Assembly: GCF_964355755.1 (NCBI RefSeq)
Contig: NC_092672.1
Location: forward strand, 9,362,001 to 9,426,000
From: Antedon mediterranea
Lineage: Eukaryota; Animalia; Echinodermata
DNA: 64,000 nucleotides
Direction: 5' to 3'
This document shows, piece by piece, positions 41,310 to 54,300 of this stretch (position 1 is its first letter; each line of letters opens with the position of its first letter). Both the position numbers and the translations under genes were made by a program. The notes below the pieces were generated by a model. That model did not search any database, was not told the DNA's origin, and saw only the letters and a list, made by a program, of their open reading frames with translations.

Positions 41310-41880
41310 AAATAATAATAATAATATTTATTCGGCAAAAGTTCTTAAAAGTACGTTCTACATTTCATCTTGCCAGGAGCAAGTAATAGGCATGAGCCCA
41401 AACTGCTCTTACTCCATCATTATTATAAAATAAAAAAAAAAAACCAAAAAACAAACTAAGTATACCAAGTAAAAATTAATTAAAAACTAAAGTTATAATG
41501 GGATACACCAATTAAGAATAAGGTGCATTGAATAAACAATATGTTTGACGGACATAATAGACAAATTCCAAATGAAGAGGCACATGAAAAGAAAAAAATA
41601 CGATAATTAATTGCTTTGTTGATGTTTGAATAGAATAAGCAAGATCGCGACCTCTTTAGAAATAGTGTAACTGAAAAAATTACTAATATTAAATCTGAAC
41701 ATTGAATATGATGGAGATTACAACAAAAGACATGCGATCGTTTTAAAAAGTTCAGAGATTGAAATTCCAATAACAAAGTAGTAACTGTCAATGAAATATC
41801 ATTTGAAAAACTCTCATAGCCAGATACTTGCTTTAAGATCTTTGGTAATAAATGTCATTTATTAAAATAGTAATTTTACG
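41310..41880 (-). mobile_element. Possible degenerate LINE 3' end
   Basis: The minus strand ends GCCGAATAAAA(TAT)n after a short hairpin-like UTR; upstream sequence is decayed coding-like DNA. Confidence 0.35.
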
Positions 41881-44800
41881 ACGGGAACTATGGTCTTAAG
41901 TCCATTAAGATAGCGGGATCATAGACTGTCAAATTATATTAATTTTTTTTCTTGGACCATTGATCTTAAGCCATTCAAGGTAAACACGAGAGGTGAAGTC
42001 TTTATAGCTTCAGAAGATGGGTTGCCCAAGGGGAGTTTGTCGTATCATCGATCTGCAAACTTCGTGAGTAATTGTCAAAAATGAGATGCGATTATTTAAG
42101 TTTCCTGTTGAGCAACCAAAAAAATACAAAATCGAATAGAGACACGTGTGATTGACAATCTTGTCACAAAATAAAATCAGCTCCCCTGCTGGTTATTGCG
42201 GGGTTTAGTCAGAGGAATGTTATACAAAGTGCAGTTTGAACATTTCACCTTTTTTGACACATGTAAACTTCTAAACTTTTAGATGGTAACAGGCTTTTTT
42301 CGATATCGAATTCATGTTGTCCGGAGCAATCGGTAGCCAACATATCTCAACACTTGCAAAAATATTTATAGAAATTCAATTTATGATCCTTTAAAAGCTA
42401 TTTTAATCGTAGAAAAAATTGAATTAAGTATTTCAATTTATGTTTCAAGATAGCGACGACAGCTATGTTGATAAAGTGATGGTCAGCTACTAATGCAGAA
42501 CTTCAACAGAACATTGATGTGATCACGACTAAACTAAACAATCATGTTCTGGATATCCAGGAATCCAGCGAATGCTCTGACAAAAATCAGTTGCAAGATA
42601 GTCAGAGCGTCTTCATTCTTACTGGCACTGAAAGGTCCGACTACCAGTATGTGATGAAACTAAATTAAGACTAACCTCTACCGATTTAATACAATTCATC
42701 ATCTACTCTTGTTGCACTTCGAGCCTTGAGTGGCCTATGCTCAATCTAGTATCAATTTAAAATATAATTTTAAGAGATTAACATCACACTACTATCTGTT
42801 TTGTTCTCTAAAAGGGGGTTTCATTATTTCATATATTATTTGAAAATGATTGAAGTCTTGGGATACATATCTTTATTATAATTTGATGCAAAAAACCACC
42901 AAAATGTATAACAAGGATAACTAGTGTACAATATACAAGTGACTATTGACGCATAATTTATAAAACTTTCTGTTCTACTTTTCTTCTATACTAGATTGAC
43001 TACTTACTATAAATGTTGAAATAAATTCATCTATATAAAACTTTTAAGAAAATATACATAACGACTGAAAAAAATGGTGAGGCGAATCCACAAAGACACA
43101 TTAACAGTAGCAAAATAAGGGAAAATTATGAAAAAAGATGGATAATGCGAGAAATATAAAAGTATGGAATGTTTACGAACATATATATGGCAAGCCTCAG
43201 CTGTCTGAAGTATTCAAAATATTATATTATTATATCATTTTTTTATTATATTATATATTGTATTGTAATGAATTATACGTTTTGCATTATATTACTTGGT
43301 TTTAGCATTATATTATATCTATTTCTAATATATTATGTGAAAAATGTAACAAATTATTGACTTTTTGTATTATATTATTTGGTTTTAGCATTATATTATG
43401 AACATTTAATATTATATTATTAATAAAATACATTATATTATAATATAATTGTATTATATTAAACGCATTTACTTTACTTTATAACATACAACATTATTAT
43501 ATTATACGGATTCGTTAGTTATATTATTATTTTGTATGATGTTTATTATACGTCACGGCTTATTTCAGTTCTTCTAACTCTTTCTCTCCCTCCCCCTGTT
43601 CACTAGCAATCAGCGGCCGGCAGAATCTGAATTGTGACTGTTGAAGAATAACTACGTACTAGGCCTAGCCTAGGCCTACTAGGGGATCTAGACAAGTGAC
43701 CAAGGATCACCGGACAGCTACAACTAATACTACAATACAATAATACTACTACAATAACTACTACTGCTACTACCTAGGCTTAGCTAGTGAGTAGTAGGTA
43801 GCTACTACTAGGCTCTAGGGCGTATGTATGATGTTAACTACTAGGGCCTAGGCCTAGGCTAGACCTAGAGGCCTACTAGTACTAGGCTAGGCCTAGACTT
43901 AAGTTGTAGTAGGCTAGGGCCGGGCCTGCTGCCTTAGGCTAGGCTACTACTACTACTACTACTAGGCAGCCCATGATGGGTACGAGTAAGCCAAAATTTT
44001 GGATATATGTAAACCAAAATTTGGGTACGAGCGTGTTGGCATGGCATGGGTACGGGTTGAACTGTATTCTTCTAGCTAATCGTACTATGCCTAGGCCTCA
44101 AGTAAGTCTACGCTACCCAGTCCGGCTACAATATGGTCTATTTTGTTTTATAGCTTTATTGATAGCTGGGTTCAAATCTGGGTTGGGACGGCTTTTTCTC
44201 ATTCTAAAACAGATTTCCTTATCATAATAAAATAATATATGAATTTATTTGTAATATTATTGTAATGTATACATAATATAAGTAATTGCCATTGCCTTTA
44301 TTACTATTAATTATGTATTATACGGTTACCCCTTAATTATACTATAGTATAATTTCCTTGTTATATTTTACAATATTTTCTTCCTAATTCTACAATTTTG
44401 TCTTTCACAGCACAAATTTATCATACTGAATCATCACACACCAAGTCTCATAAATCTCTACTGTATTTGTCCAAGCTACTCCAGCTACATGGTATTGCCT
44501 TGAGGCTAAACTACACGGTATACTGGCACTACCATCATTCCTGGCTCGTCAACCTGTACCACATAAGCACAGTTTCAGTTTATTTACCATTTCAATTTCT
44601 GAACATAAGAGATGAACAACTTATATGGATGGATAACGGTAAGAGCGAAGCTCGTTTACCGGTCACCCGTTAGTGCAGTGACATTACAGAAAACATAAAG
44701 ACTGGACAAAGGTGCAATACTTAACAAGACATGTGAACACTTGTGTGTGCAACCCCTTGGATAAAATAATATATTTATATAAAGGAGAAAGTTAGATATT

Positions 44801-47800
44801 ATAATATTTCTTTTTGATCATACAATGATAATTTTTAAATTACTTCTTAAGAAGTCATACTACTGATTCAAAATAGTGACTTACACCCTGTGGTCAAGGC
44901 TTTATTTGCTCTTATGCGTATTTCCTCCAACATACAGAGTACATAGGACTTTTTTTATTCATAACTGTTGAATTGTTTCCCAATACATAGTACCTATTGG
45001 TATTATATCTAAAAATACAAAGGCGGCTAACACAGATAGTTCCATATATACAGTACTCTTTTATAGATAGATGTATCTCACCAAACTACTCCCAACTACC
45101 TAATCTAATAATAGTACTATTAGCATACTACTATACACTTTGTAGACAAGAAATAAGTTGTATACACCTACAGGACTTATGGTAGTACAGTCGAACGCCC
45201 TCTCACTGGCCCGGTAAACATAATCTATACCTAGATTATTACAGTAATTAAAGTACATTATTACAGAGTTTTTTTTTTTTGTTGCAGAAATCAAAGTTAT
45301 GTGTATAGAAAGCAGTACTCGTATTAAAAACTAAGCAGGTTGCAGGTCTTGAATGCAAACTGGCAGGATATTTTGAATATTTTTTGTTGTTGAAATGAGG
45401 GAATCCTAACTTCAATTTCCACGAACTGGAGACGAAGACATATTATGACCCTTTTATTTAAATTTATTTGAATAGACGTCCATGTAAAGTCATTAAAGGC
45501 TACATGATTGTTTTATATTTTAATATGTGATAGTAGGAAATCATTGTGTATAATGAGGACTATGAATCTGATATTTACTTGCATTCTTATCTTTTTAAAA
45601 TATTATTTATAATGCCGGTAATGAGTTTAAAATTTAATTATATTGACTATTTTTGATAATCATCATGTCCTTATAAATTCATTTATACTTTTTTTGTGTA
45701 ATATAGTTCATATATTATGTATTAAATAAATTGGTAAGGCCCTATACTGTTATTATTTAAGGAAAGTTTATATACACTATTATTTTATGCCTACCAATAT
45801 TAGTATTAATTGTTTATGTAAATATTTTTTCTAATTGCCTTGATTTTTGTATAGGCCAATGGCATCAATGTTTTTCTCAAAGCGAATTAGCCTAATAATG
45901 CCACATTTAGACACATGATTCATTGATTTCTGATATTCTGTACTTGTGTATGCATTACTAAAATAGTAGTTAATATATTTCATTTATAATGTATGTATAA
46001 ACATATATTCATATTTTTTTTAACATTTTTAAATTTAAAAATTATTACAATACCTATCTACCTTTCATATATTGTTACTATTATATAATATTTTTTGAGG
46101 CAGCAATAAAAAAAAAATTAAAAAATTTATTTGACTTATACTGTACTATGTTAGTTCAGGAGATGAAGTGTGTGTGGGCAGAAACTAGTGTGTTGGAGGT
46201 TGTTGGTGTGAGGTGTATAGTTGTCACTTTAAGACCTAAATTAGATGTTTTCTGAAGAAAAGAAGTAAGCGGATACGCTTTCAAACAACTCCAAGAAGAT
46301 TCACACAAAAATAATTACTTTCCAATAAAATAGTATATGTTTTTAAGCAAAATTCTATCCAAAACCCGAATTTTTATGTTAAATGTGATATTTAATATTG
46401 AAGTGCTTTGAATACGTTGATGAAATTTGGAGATATGAAACTTTGTTAGGAGTAGAACCAGCTTCCAGCATTGAATGTTAAAAATATGTTCATATTACTC
46501 ATTAATTAATAATAATTATTAATAAATTAATAGAAAACTAGAGAGGGCACTTTTCGAAAAGAAAATGAATGTTTTTTTATGTGCGTTATTATTCCGCTCG
46601 AGTTTATTCAATGTACTGTAATATACACTGTTATACTACTTTATTGGAAAGTAATTATTTTTGTGTGAATCTTCTTGGAGTTGTTTGAAAGCGTATGCGC
46701 TTACTTCTTTTCTTCAGAAAACATCTAATTTAGGTCTTAAAGTGACAACTATACACCTCACACCACCAACCTCCAACACACTAGTTTCTGCCCACACACA
46801 CTTCATCTCCTGAACTAACATAGTACAGTATAAGTCAAATTAATTGTTCTAATTTTTTTTTTATTGCTGCCTCAAAGAATATTATATAATAGTAACAATA
46901 TCAGAAAGGTAGATAGGTATTGTAATAATTTTTAAATTTAAAAATGTTAAAAAAAATATGAATATATGTTTATACATACATTATAAATGAAATATATTAA
47001 CTACTATTTTAGTAATGCATACACAAGTACAGAATATCAGAAATCAATGAATCATGTGTCTAAATGTGGCATTATTAGGCTAATTTGCTTTGAGAAAAAC
47101 ATTGATGCCATTGGCCTATACAAAAAATCAAGACAATTAGACAAAATATTTACATAAACAATTAATACTAATATTGGTAGGCATAAAATAATAGTGTATA
47201 TAAACTTTCCTTAAATAGTAACAGTATAGGGCCTTACCAATTTACTTAATACATAATATATGAACTATATTACACAAAAGAAATATAAATGAATTTATAA
47301 GGACATGATGATTATCAAAAATAGTCAATATAATTAAATTTTAAACTCATTACCGGCATTATAAATAATAATTTAAAAAGATGAGAATGCAAGTAAATAT
47401 CAGATTCATAGTCCTCATTATACACAATGATTTTCTACTATCACATATTAAAATATAAAACAATCATGTAGCCTTTAATGAGTTTACATGGAGGTCTATT
47501 TAAATAAAAGGGTTCGTGGAAATTGAAGTTAGGATTCCATCATTTCAACAACAAAAAATATTCAAAATATCCTGCCAGTTTGCGTTCAAAAACCTGCTTA
47601 GTTTTTAATACGAGTACTGCTTTCTATACACATAACTTTGATTTCTGCACAAAAAAAAAAAACTCTGTAATAATGTACTTTAATTACTGTAATAATCTAG
47701 GTATAGATTATGTTTACCGGGCCAGTGAGAGGGCGTTCGACTGTACTACCATAAGTCCTGTAGGTGTATACAACTTATTTCTTGTCTACAAAGTGTATAG

Positions 47801-48444
47801 TAGTATGCTAATAGTACTATTATTAGATTAGGTAGTTGGGAGTAGTTTGGTGAGATACATCTATCTATAAAAGAGTACTGTATATATGGAACTATCTGTG
47901 TTAGCCGCCTTTGTATTTTTAGATATAATACCAATAGGTACTATGTATTGGGAAACAATTCAACAGTTATGAATAAAAAAAGTCCTATGTACTCTGTATG
48001 TTGGAGGAAATACGCATAAGAGCAAATAAAGCCTTGACCACAGGGTGTAAGTCACTATTTTGAAACAGTAGTATGACTTCTTAAGAAGTAATTTAAAAAT
48101 TATCATTGTATGATCAAAAAGAAATATTATAATATCTAACTTTCTCCTTTATATAAATATATTATTTTATCCAAGGGGTTGCACACACAAGTGTTCACAT
48201 GTCTTGTTAAGTATTGCACCTTTGTCCTGTCTTTATGTTTTCTGTAATGTCACTGCACTAACGGGTGACCGGTAAACGAGCTTCGCTCTTACGGTTATCC
48301 ATCCATATAAGTTGTTCATCTCTTATGTTCAGAAATTGAAATGGTAAATAAACTGAAACTGTGCTTATGTGGTACAGGTTGACGAGCCAGGAATGATGGT
48401 AGTGCCAGTATACTATGGAACGCCTCCTCTGCCTTCAGTTCACA

Positions 48445-48742
48445 ATGGTCATGCAGTACACACCAATCGTCATGCAGTACACACCAATGGTCATGCAGTA
48501 CACACCAATGGTCATGCAGTACACACCAATCGTCGTTCACATTTATCATGCAGTACACACCAATGGTCATGCAGTACACACCAATCGTCATGCAGTACAC
48601 ACCAAACATCATGCAGTACACACCAATCGTCATGCAGTACACACCAAACATCATGCAGTACACACCAATGGTCATGCAGTACACACCAATTGTCATGCAG
48701 TACACACTAATCGTCATGCAGTACACACCAATCGTCATGCAG
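48445..48742 (+). repeat. 21-bp tandem array (CATGCAGTACACACCAATCGT), ~14 units
   Basis: Directly visible. Confidence 0.95.
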
Positions 48743-49075
48743 TAAAATATTGCATAATTTATACCGCCACCTATCGACAAAATCGAATATCACGTGACGT
48801 TTATTAGACGGCTGTAAAACTAGGCCATCGACTCTAAGATTTCTTTTATGTTTGACATACTGTACTTATTTTAACCGCTACACATCTCTGTGAATGCTCT
48901 GTTTTTTATATATACAATAATTTATTATGCGAGACACAGGCGCGGCTAGGAGGCCATTGCAATTATTGAATTCCATAAAAGAAGTTTAAATAGTCTTAGT
49001 TTTACAGCCGTCTAATAAAACTCACGTGATATTCGATTTTGTCGATAGGTGGCGGTATAAATTACGCAATATTTG

Positions 49076-49473
49076 ACTGCATGACGATTGGTGTGTACTG
49101 CATGACGATTGGTGTGTACTGCATGACAATTGGTGTGTACTGCATGATGTTTGGTGTGTACTGCATGACGATTGGTGTGTACTGCATGACGATTGGTGTG
49201 TACTGCATGACGATTGGTGTGTACTGCATGATAAATGTGAACGACGATTGGTGTGTACTGCATGACAATTGGTGTGTACTGCATGACCATTGGTGTGTAC
49301 TGCATGACGATTGGTGTGTACTGCATGACGATTGGTGTGTACTGCATGACGATTGGTGTGTACTGCATGATGTTTGGTGTGTACTGCATGACGATTGGTG
49401 TGTACTGCATGACGATTGGTGTGTACTGCATGACGATTGGTGTGTACTGCATTACGATTGGTGTGTACTGCAT
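49076..49473 (-). repeat. Inverted 21-bp tandem array, ~19 units
   Basis: Reverse complement of the 48445-48742 array, with more units. Confidence 0.95.
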
Positions 49474-51315
49474 GATAAATGTGAACTTAAGGCAGAGGAG
49501 GCGTTCCATAGTATACCGTGTAGTTTAGCCTCAAGGCAATACCATGTAGCTGGAGTAGCTTGGACAAATACAGTAGAGATTTATGAGACTTGGTGTGTGA
49601 TGATTCAGTATGATAAATTTGTGCTGTGAAAGACAAAATTGTAGAATTAGGAAGAAAATATTTTAAAATATAACAAGGAAATTATACTATAGTATAATTA
49701 AGGGGTAACCGTATAATACATAATTAATAGTAATAAAGGCAATGGCAATTACTTATATTATGTATACATTACAATAATATTACAAATAAATTCATATATT
49801 ATTTTATTATGATAAGGAAATCTGTTTTAGAATGAGAAAAAGCCGTCCCAACCCAGATTTGAACCCAGCTATCAATAAAGCTATAAAACAAAATAGACCA
49901 TATTGTAGCCGGACTGGGTAGCGTAGACTTACTTGAGGCCTAGGCATAGTACGATTAGCTAGAAGAATACAGTTCAACCCGTACCCATGCCATGCCAACA
50001 CGCTCGTACCCAAATTTTGGTTTACATATATCCAAAATGTTGGCTTACTCGTACCCATCATGGGCTGCCTAGTAGTAGTAGTAGTAGTAGTAGTAGCCTA
50101 GCCTAAGGCAGCAGGCCCGGCCCTAGCCTACTACAACTTAAGTCTAGGCCTAGCCTAGTACTAGTAGGCCTCTAGGCCTAGCCTAGGCCCTAGTAGTTAA
50201 CATCATACATACGCCCTAGAGCCTAGTAGTAGCTACCTACTACTCACTAGCTAAGCCTAGGTAGTAGCAGTAGTAGTTATTGTAGTAGTATTATTGTATT
50301 GTAGTATTAGTTGTAGCTGTCCGGTGATCCTTGGTCACTTGTCTAGATCCCCTAGTAGGTCTAGGCTAGGCCTAGTACGTAGTTATTCTTCAACAGTCAC
50401 AATTCAGATTCTGCCGGCCGCTGATTGCTAGTGAACAGGGGGAGGGAGAGAAAGAGTTAGAAGAACTGAAATAAGCCGTGACGTATAATAAACATCATAC
50501 AAAATAATAATATAACTAACGAATCCGTATAATATAATAATGTTGTATGTTATAAAGTAAAGTAAATGCGTTTAATATAATACAATTATATTATAATATA
50601 ATGTATTTTACTAATAATATAATATTAAATGTTCATAATATAATGCTAAAACCAAATAATATAATACAAAAAGTCAATAATTTGTTACATTTTTCACATA
50701 ATATATTAGAAATAGATATAATATAATGCTAAAACCAAGTAATATAATGCAAAACGTATAATTCATTACAATACAATATATAATATAATAAAAAAATGAT
50801 ATAATAATATAATATTTTGAATACTTCAGACAGCTGAGGCTTGCCATAAACATACTATTGATCGCATTATTTTTATTAAATCGTATAAAGGATAGGAGAA
50901 ACTATAAGAAAATAATTTGTGGAAAAATCAGAATAACATTGGATTAATGTATAAAATCATTGTATTGATCAGTTGAAAATGAAATGAATAAAAGTAATGG
51001 TTGTTAGAAGAAGAAAAAGAGAAACAAAACACTCAATAAACAAAATTGGTTAAGGAGAATCTATTGTTTTTAAACCACCATGGAACAGGATTAACAATAT
51101 CACAGAAGCCATGCAAGGAATAACACTTTTGCATTACACACACTAAATTCCAAAGATTCCAAAGCTACAACACAGTAAGTAGAATGAGTAATACTTACTT
51201 ATTGTATGAAATAATATCGAATTAAAAAAGTATTTGGTTGAGTCAGCTCTATAAACTTTGAGAATGAATATTGTGGTCAGTGCACTACATGTCAAACTTG
51301 TATTTTGCAATATCA

Positions 51316-54300
51316 TATGGCAAGCCTCAGCTGTCTGAAGTATTCAAAATATTATATTATTATATCATTTTTTTATTATATTATATATTGTATTGTAATG
51401 AATTATACGTTTTGCATTATATTACTTGGTTTTAGCATTATATTATATCTATTTCTAATATATTATGTGAAAAATGTAACAAATTATTGACTTGTTGTAT
51501 TATATTATTTGGTTTTAGCATTATATTATGAACATTTAATATTATATTATTAATAAAATACATTATATTATAATATAATTGTATTATATTAAACGCATTT
51601 ACTTTACTTTATAACATACAACATTATTATATTATACGGATTCGTTAGTTATATTATTATTTTGTATGATGTTTATTATACGTCACGGCTTATTTCAGTT
51701 CTTCTAACTCTTTCTCTCCCTCCCCCTGTTCACTAGCAATCAGCGGCCGGCAGAATCTGAATTGTGTGACTGTTGAAGAATAACTACATACTAGGCCTAG
51801 CCTAGGCCTACTAGGGGATCTAGACAAGTGACCAAGGATCACCGGACAGCTACAACTAATACTACAATACAATAATGCTACTACAATAACTACTACCTAG
51901 GCCTAGCTAGTGAGTAGTAGGTAGCTACTACTAGGCTCTAGGGCGTATGTATGATGTTAACTACTAGGGCCTGAGGCCTACTAGTACTAGGCTAGGCCTA
52001 GACTTAAGTTGTAGTAGGCTAGGGCCGGGCCTGCTGCCTTAGGCTAGGCTACTACTACTACTACTACTAGGCAGCCCATGATGGGTACGAGTAAGCCAAC
52101 ATTTTGGATATATGTAAACCAAAATTTGGGTACGAGCGTGTTGGCATGCCATGGGTACGGGTTGACCTGTATCCTTCTAGCTAATCGTACTATGCCTAGG
52201 CCTCAAGTAAGTCTACGCTACCCAGTCCGGCTACAATATGGTCTATTTTGTTTTATAGCTTTATTGATAGCTGGGTTCAAATCAGTGTTGGGACGGCTTT
52301 TTCTCATTCTAAAACAGATTTCCTTATAATAAAATAATATATGAATTTATTTGTAATATTGTAATGTATACATAATATAAGTAATTGCCATTGCCTTTAT
52401 TACTATTAATTATGTATTATACGGTTACCCCTTAATTATACTATAGTATAATTTCCTTGTTATATTTTACAATATTTTCTTCCTAATTCTACAATTTTGT
52501 CTTTCACAGCACAAATTTATCATACTGAATCATCACACACCAAGTCTCATAAATCTCTACTGTATTTGTCCAAGCTACTCCAGCTACGGTACATGGTATT
52601 GCCTTGAGGCTAAACTACACGGTATACTGGCACTACCATCATTCCTGGCTCGTCAACCTGTACCACATAAGCACAGTTTCAGTTTCAGTTTATTTACCAT
52701 TTCAATTTCTGAACATAAGAGATGAACAACTTGTATGGATGGATAACCGTAAGAGCGAAGCTCGTTTACCGGCCACCCGTTAGTGCAGTGACATTACAGA
52801 CAACATAAAGACAGGACAAAGGTGCAATACTTAACAAGACATGTGAACACTTGTGCTTGCAACCCCTTGGATAAAATAATATATTTATATAATGGAGAAA
52901 GTTAGATATTATAATATTTCTTTTTGATCATACAATGATAAGTTTTAAATTACTTCTTAAGAAGTCATACTACTGATTCAAAATAGTGACTTACACCCTG
53001 TGGTCAAGGCTTTCTTTGCTCTTATGCTTATTTCCTCCAACATACAGAGTACATGGGACTTTTTTTATTCATAACTGTTGAATTGTTTCCCAATACATAG
53101 TACCTATTGGTATTATATCTAAAAATACAAAGGCGGCTAACACAGATAGTTCCATATTATACAGTACTCTTTTATAAATAAATGTATCTCTCCAAACTAC
53201 TCCCAACTACCTAATCTAATAATAGTACTATTAGCATACTACTATACACTTTGTAGACAAGAAATAAGTTGTATACACTAGAGGACTTATGGTAGTAAAG
53301 TCGATCGCCCTCTCACTGGCCCGGTCAACATAATCTATACCTAGATTATTACAGTAATTAAAGTACATTATTACAGAGTTTGTTTTTTTTTTGCAGAAAT
53401 CAAAGTTATGTGTATAGAAAGCAGTACTCGTATTAAAAACTAAGCAGGTTGCAGGTCTTGAACGCAAACTGACAGGATATTTTGAATATTTTTTGTTGTT
53501 GAAATGATGGAATCCTAACTTCAATTTCCACGAACTGGAGACGAAGACATATTATGACCCTTTTATTTAAATTTATTTGAATAGACCTCCATGTAAACTC
53601 ATTAAAGGCTACATGATTGTTTTATATTTTAATATGTGATAGTAGAAAATCATTGTGTATAATGAGGACTATGAATCTGATATTTACTTGCATTCTTATC
53701 TTTTTTAAATATTATTTATAATGCCTGTAATGAGTTTAAAATTTAATTATATTGACTATTTTTGATAATCATCATGTCCTTATAAATTCATTTATACTTT
53801 TTTTGTGTAATATAGTTCATATATTATGTATTAAATAAATTGGTAAGGCCCTATACTGTTATTATTTAAGGAAAGTTTATATACACTATTATTTTATGCC
53901 TACCAATATTAGTATTAATTGTTTATGTAAATATTTTGTCTAATTGCCTTGATTTTTGTATAGGCCAATGGCATCAATGTTTTTCTCAAAGCAAATTAGC
54001 TTAATAATGCCACATTTAGACACATGATTCATTGATTTCTAATATTCTGTACTTGTGTATGCATTACTAAAATAGTAGTTAATATATTTCATTTATAATG
54101 TATGTATAAACATATATTCATATTTTTTTTAACATTTTTAAATTTAAAAATTATTACAATACCTATCTACCTTTCTGATATTGTTACTATTATATAATAT
54201 TCTTTGAGGCAGCAATAAAAAAAATGTAAAAATTTATTTGACTTATACTGTACTATGTTAGTTCAGGAGATGAAGTGTGTGTGGGCAGAAACTAGTGTGT

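Larger units (their letters stand above)
48414..49510. mobile_element. Nested 1.1-kb foldback element with IS3EU-like ends and 21-bp subterminal arrays
   Basis: GTATAC|TATGGAACGCCTCCTCTGCCTT...AAGGCAGAGGAGGCGTTCCATA|GTATAC. The other three arms carry the empty site with a single GTATAC. Arms are 48414-48822 and 48997-49510. Confidence 0.92.
43186..50848. mobile_element. Giant palindromic non-autonomous DNA transposon, copy 1 (IS3EU-like ends)
   Basis: Ends TATGGCAAGCCTCAGCTGTCTGAAGT / reverse complement. Left arm 43186-46337, spacer 46338-46631, right arm 46632-50848 (includes a nested insertion). Flanks AACATA(TA)| and |AACATA form an imperfect 6-bp TSD. Confidence 0.9.

Noticed and set aside
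48445-49473. CRISPR-like array
   Set aside because: Units are contiguous with no unique spacers, there are no cas genes, and the context is eukaryotic.
48316-49629. Repetitive ORFs (MQYTPIV, HAVHTNR, CMTIGVY repeats)
   Set aside because: They are translations of a stop-free 21-bp tandem array open in several frames on both strands inside a transposon, not proteins.
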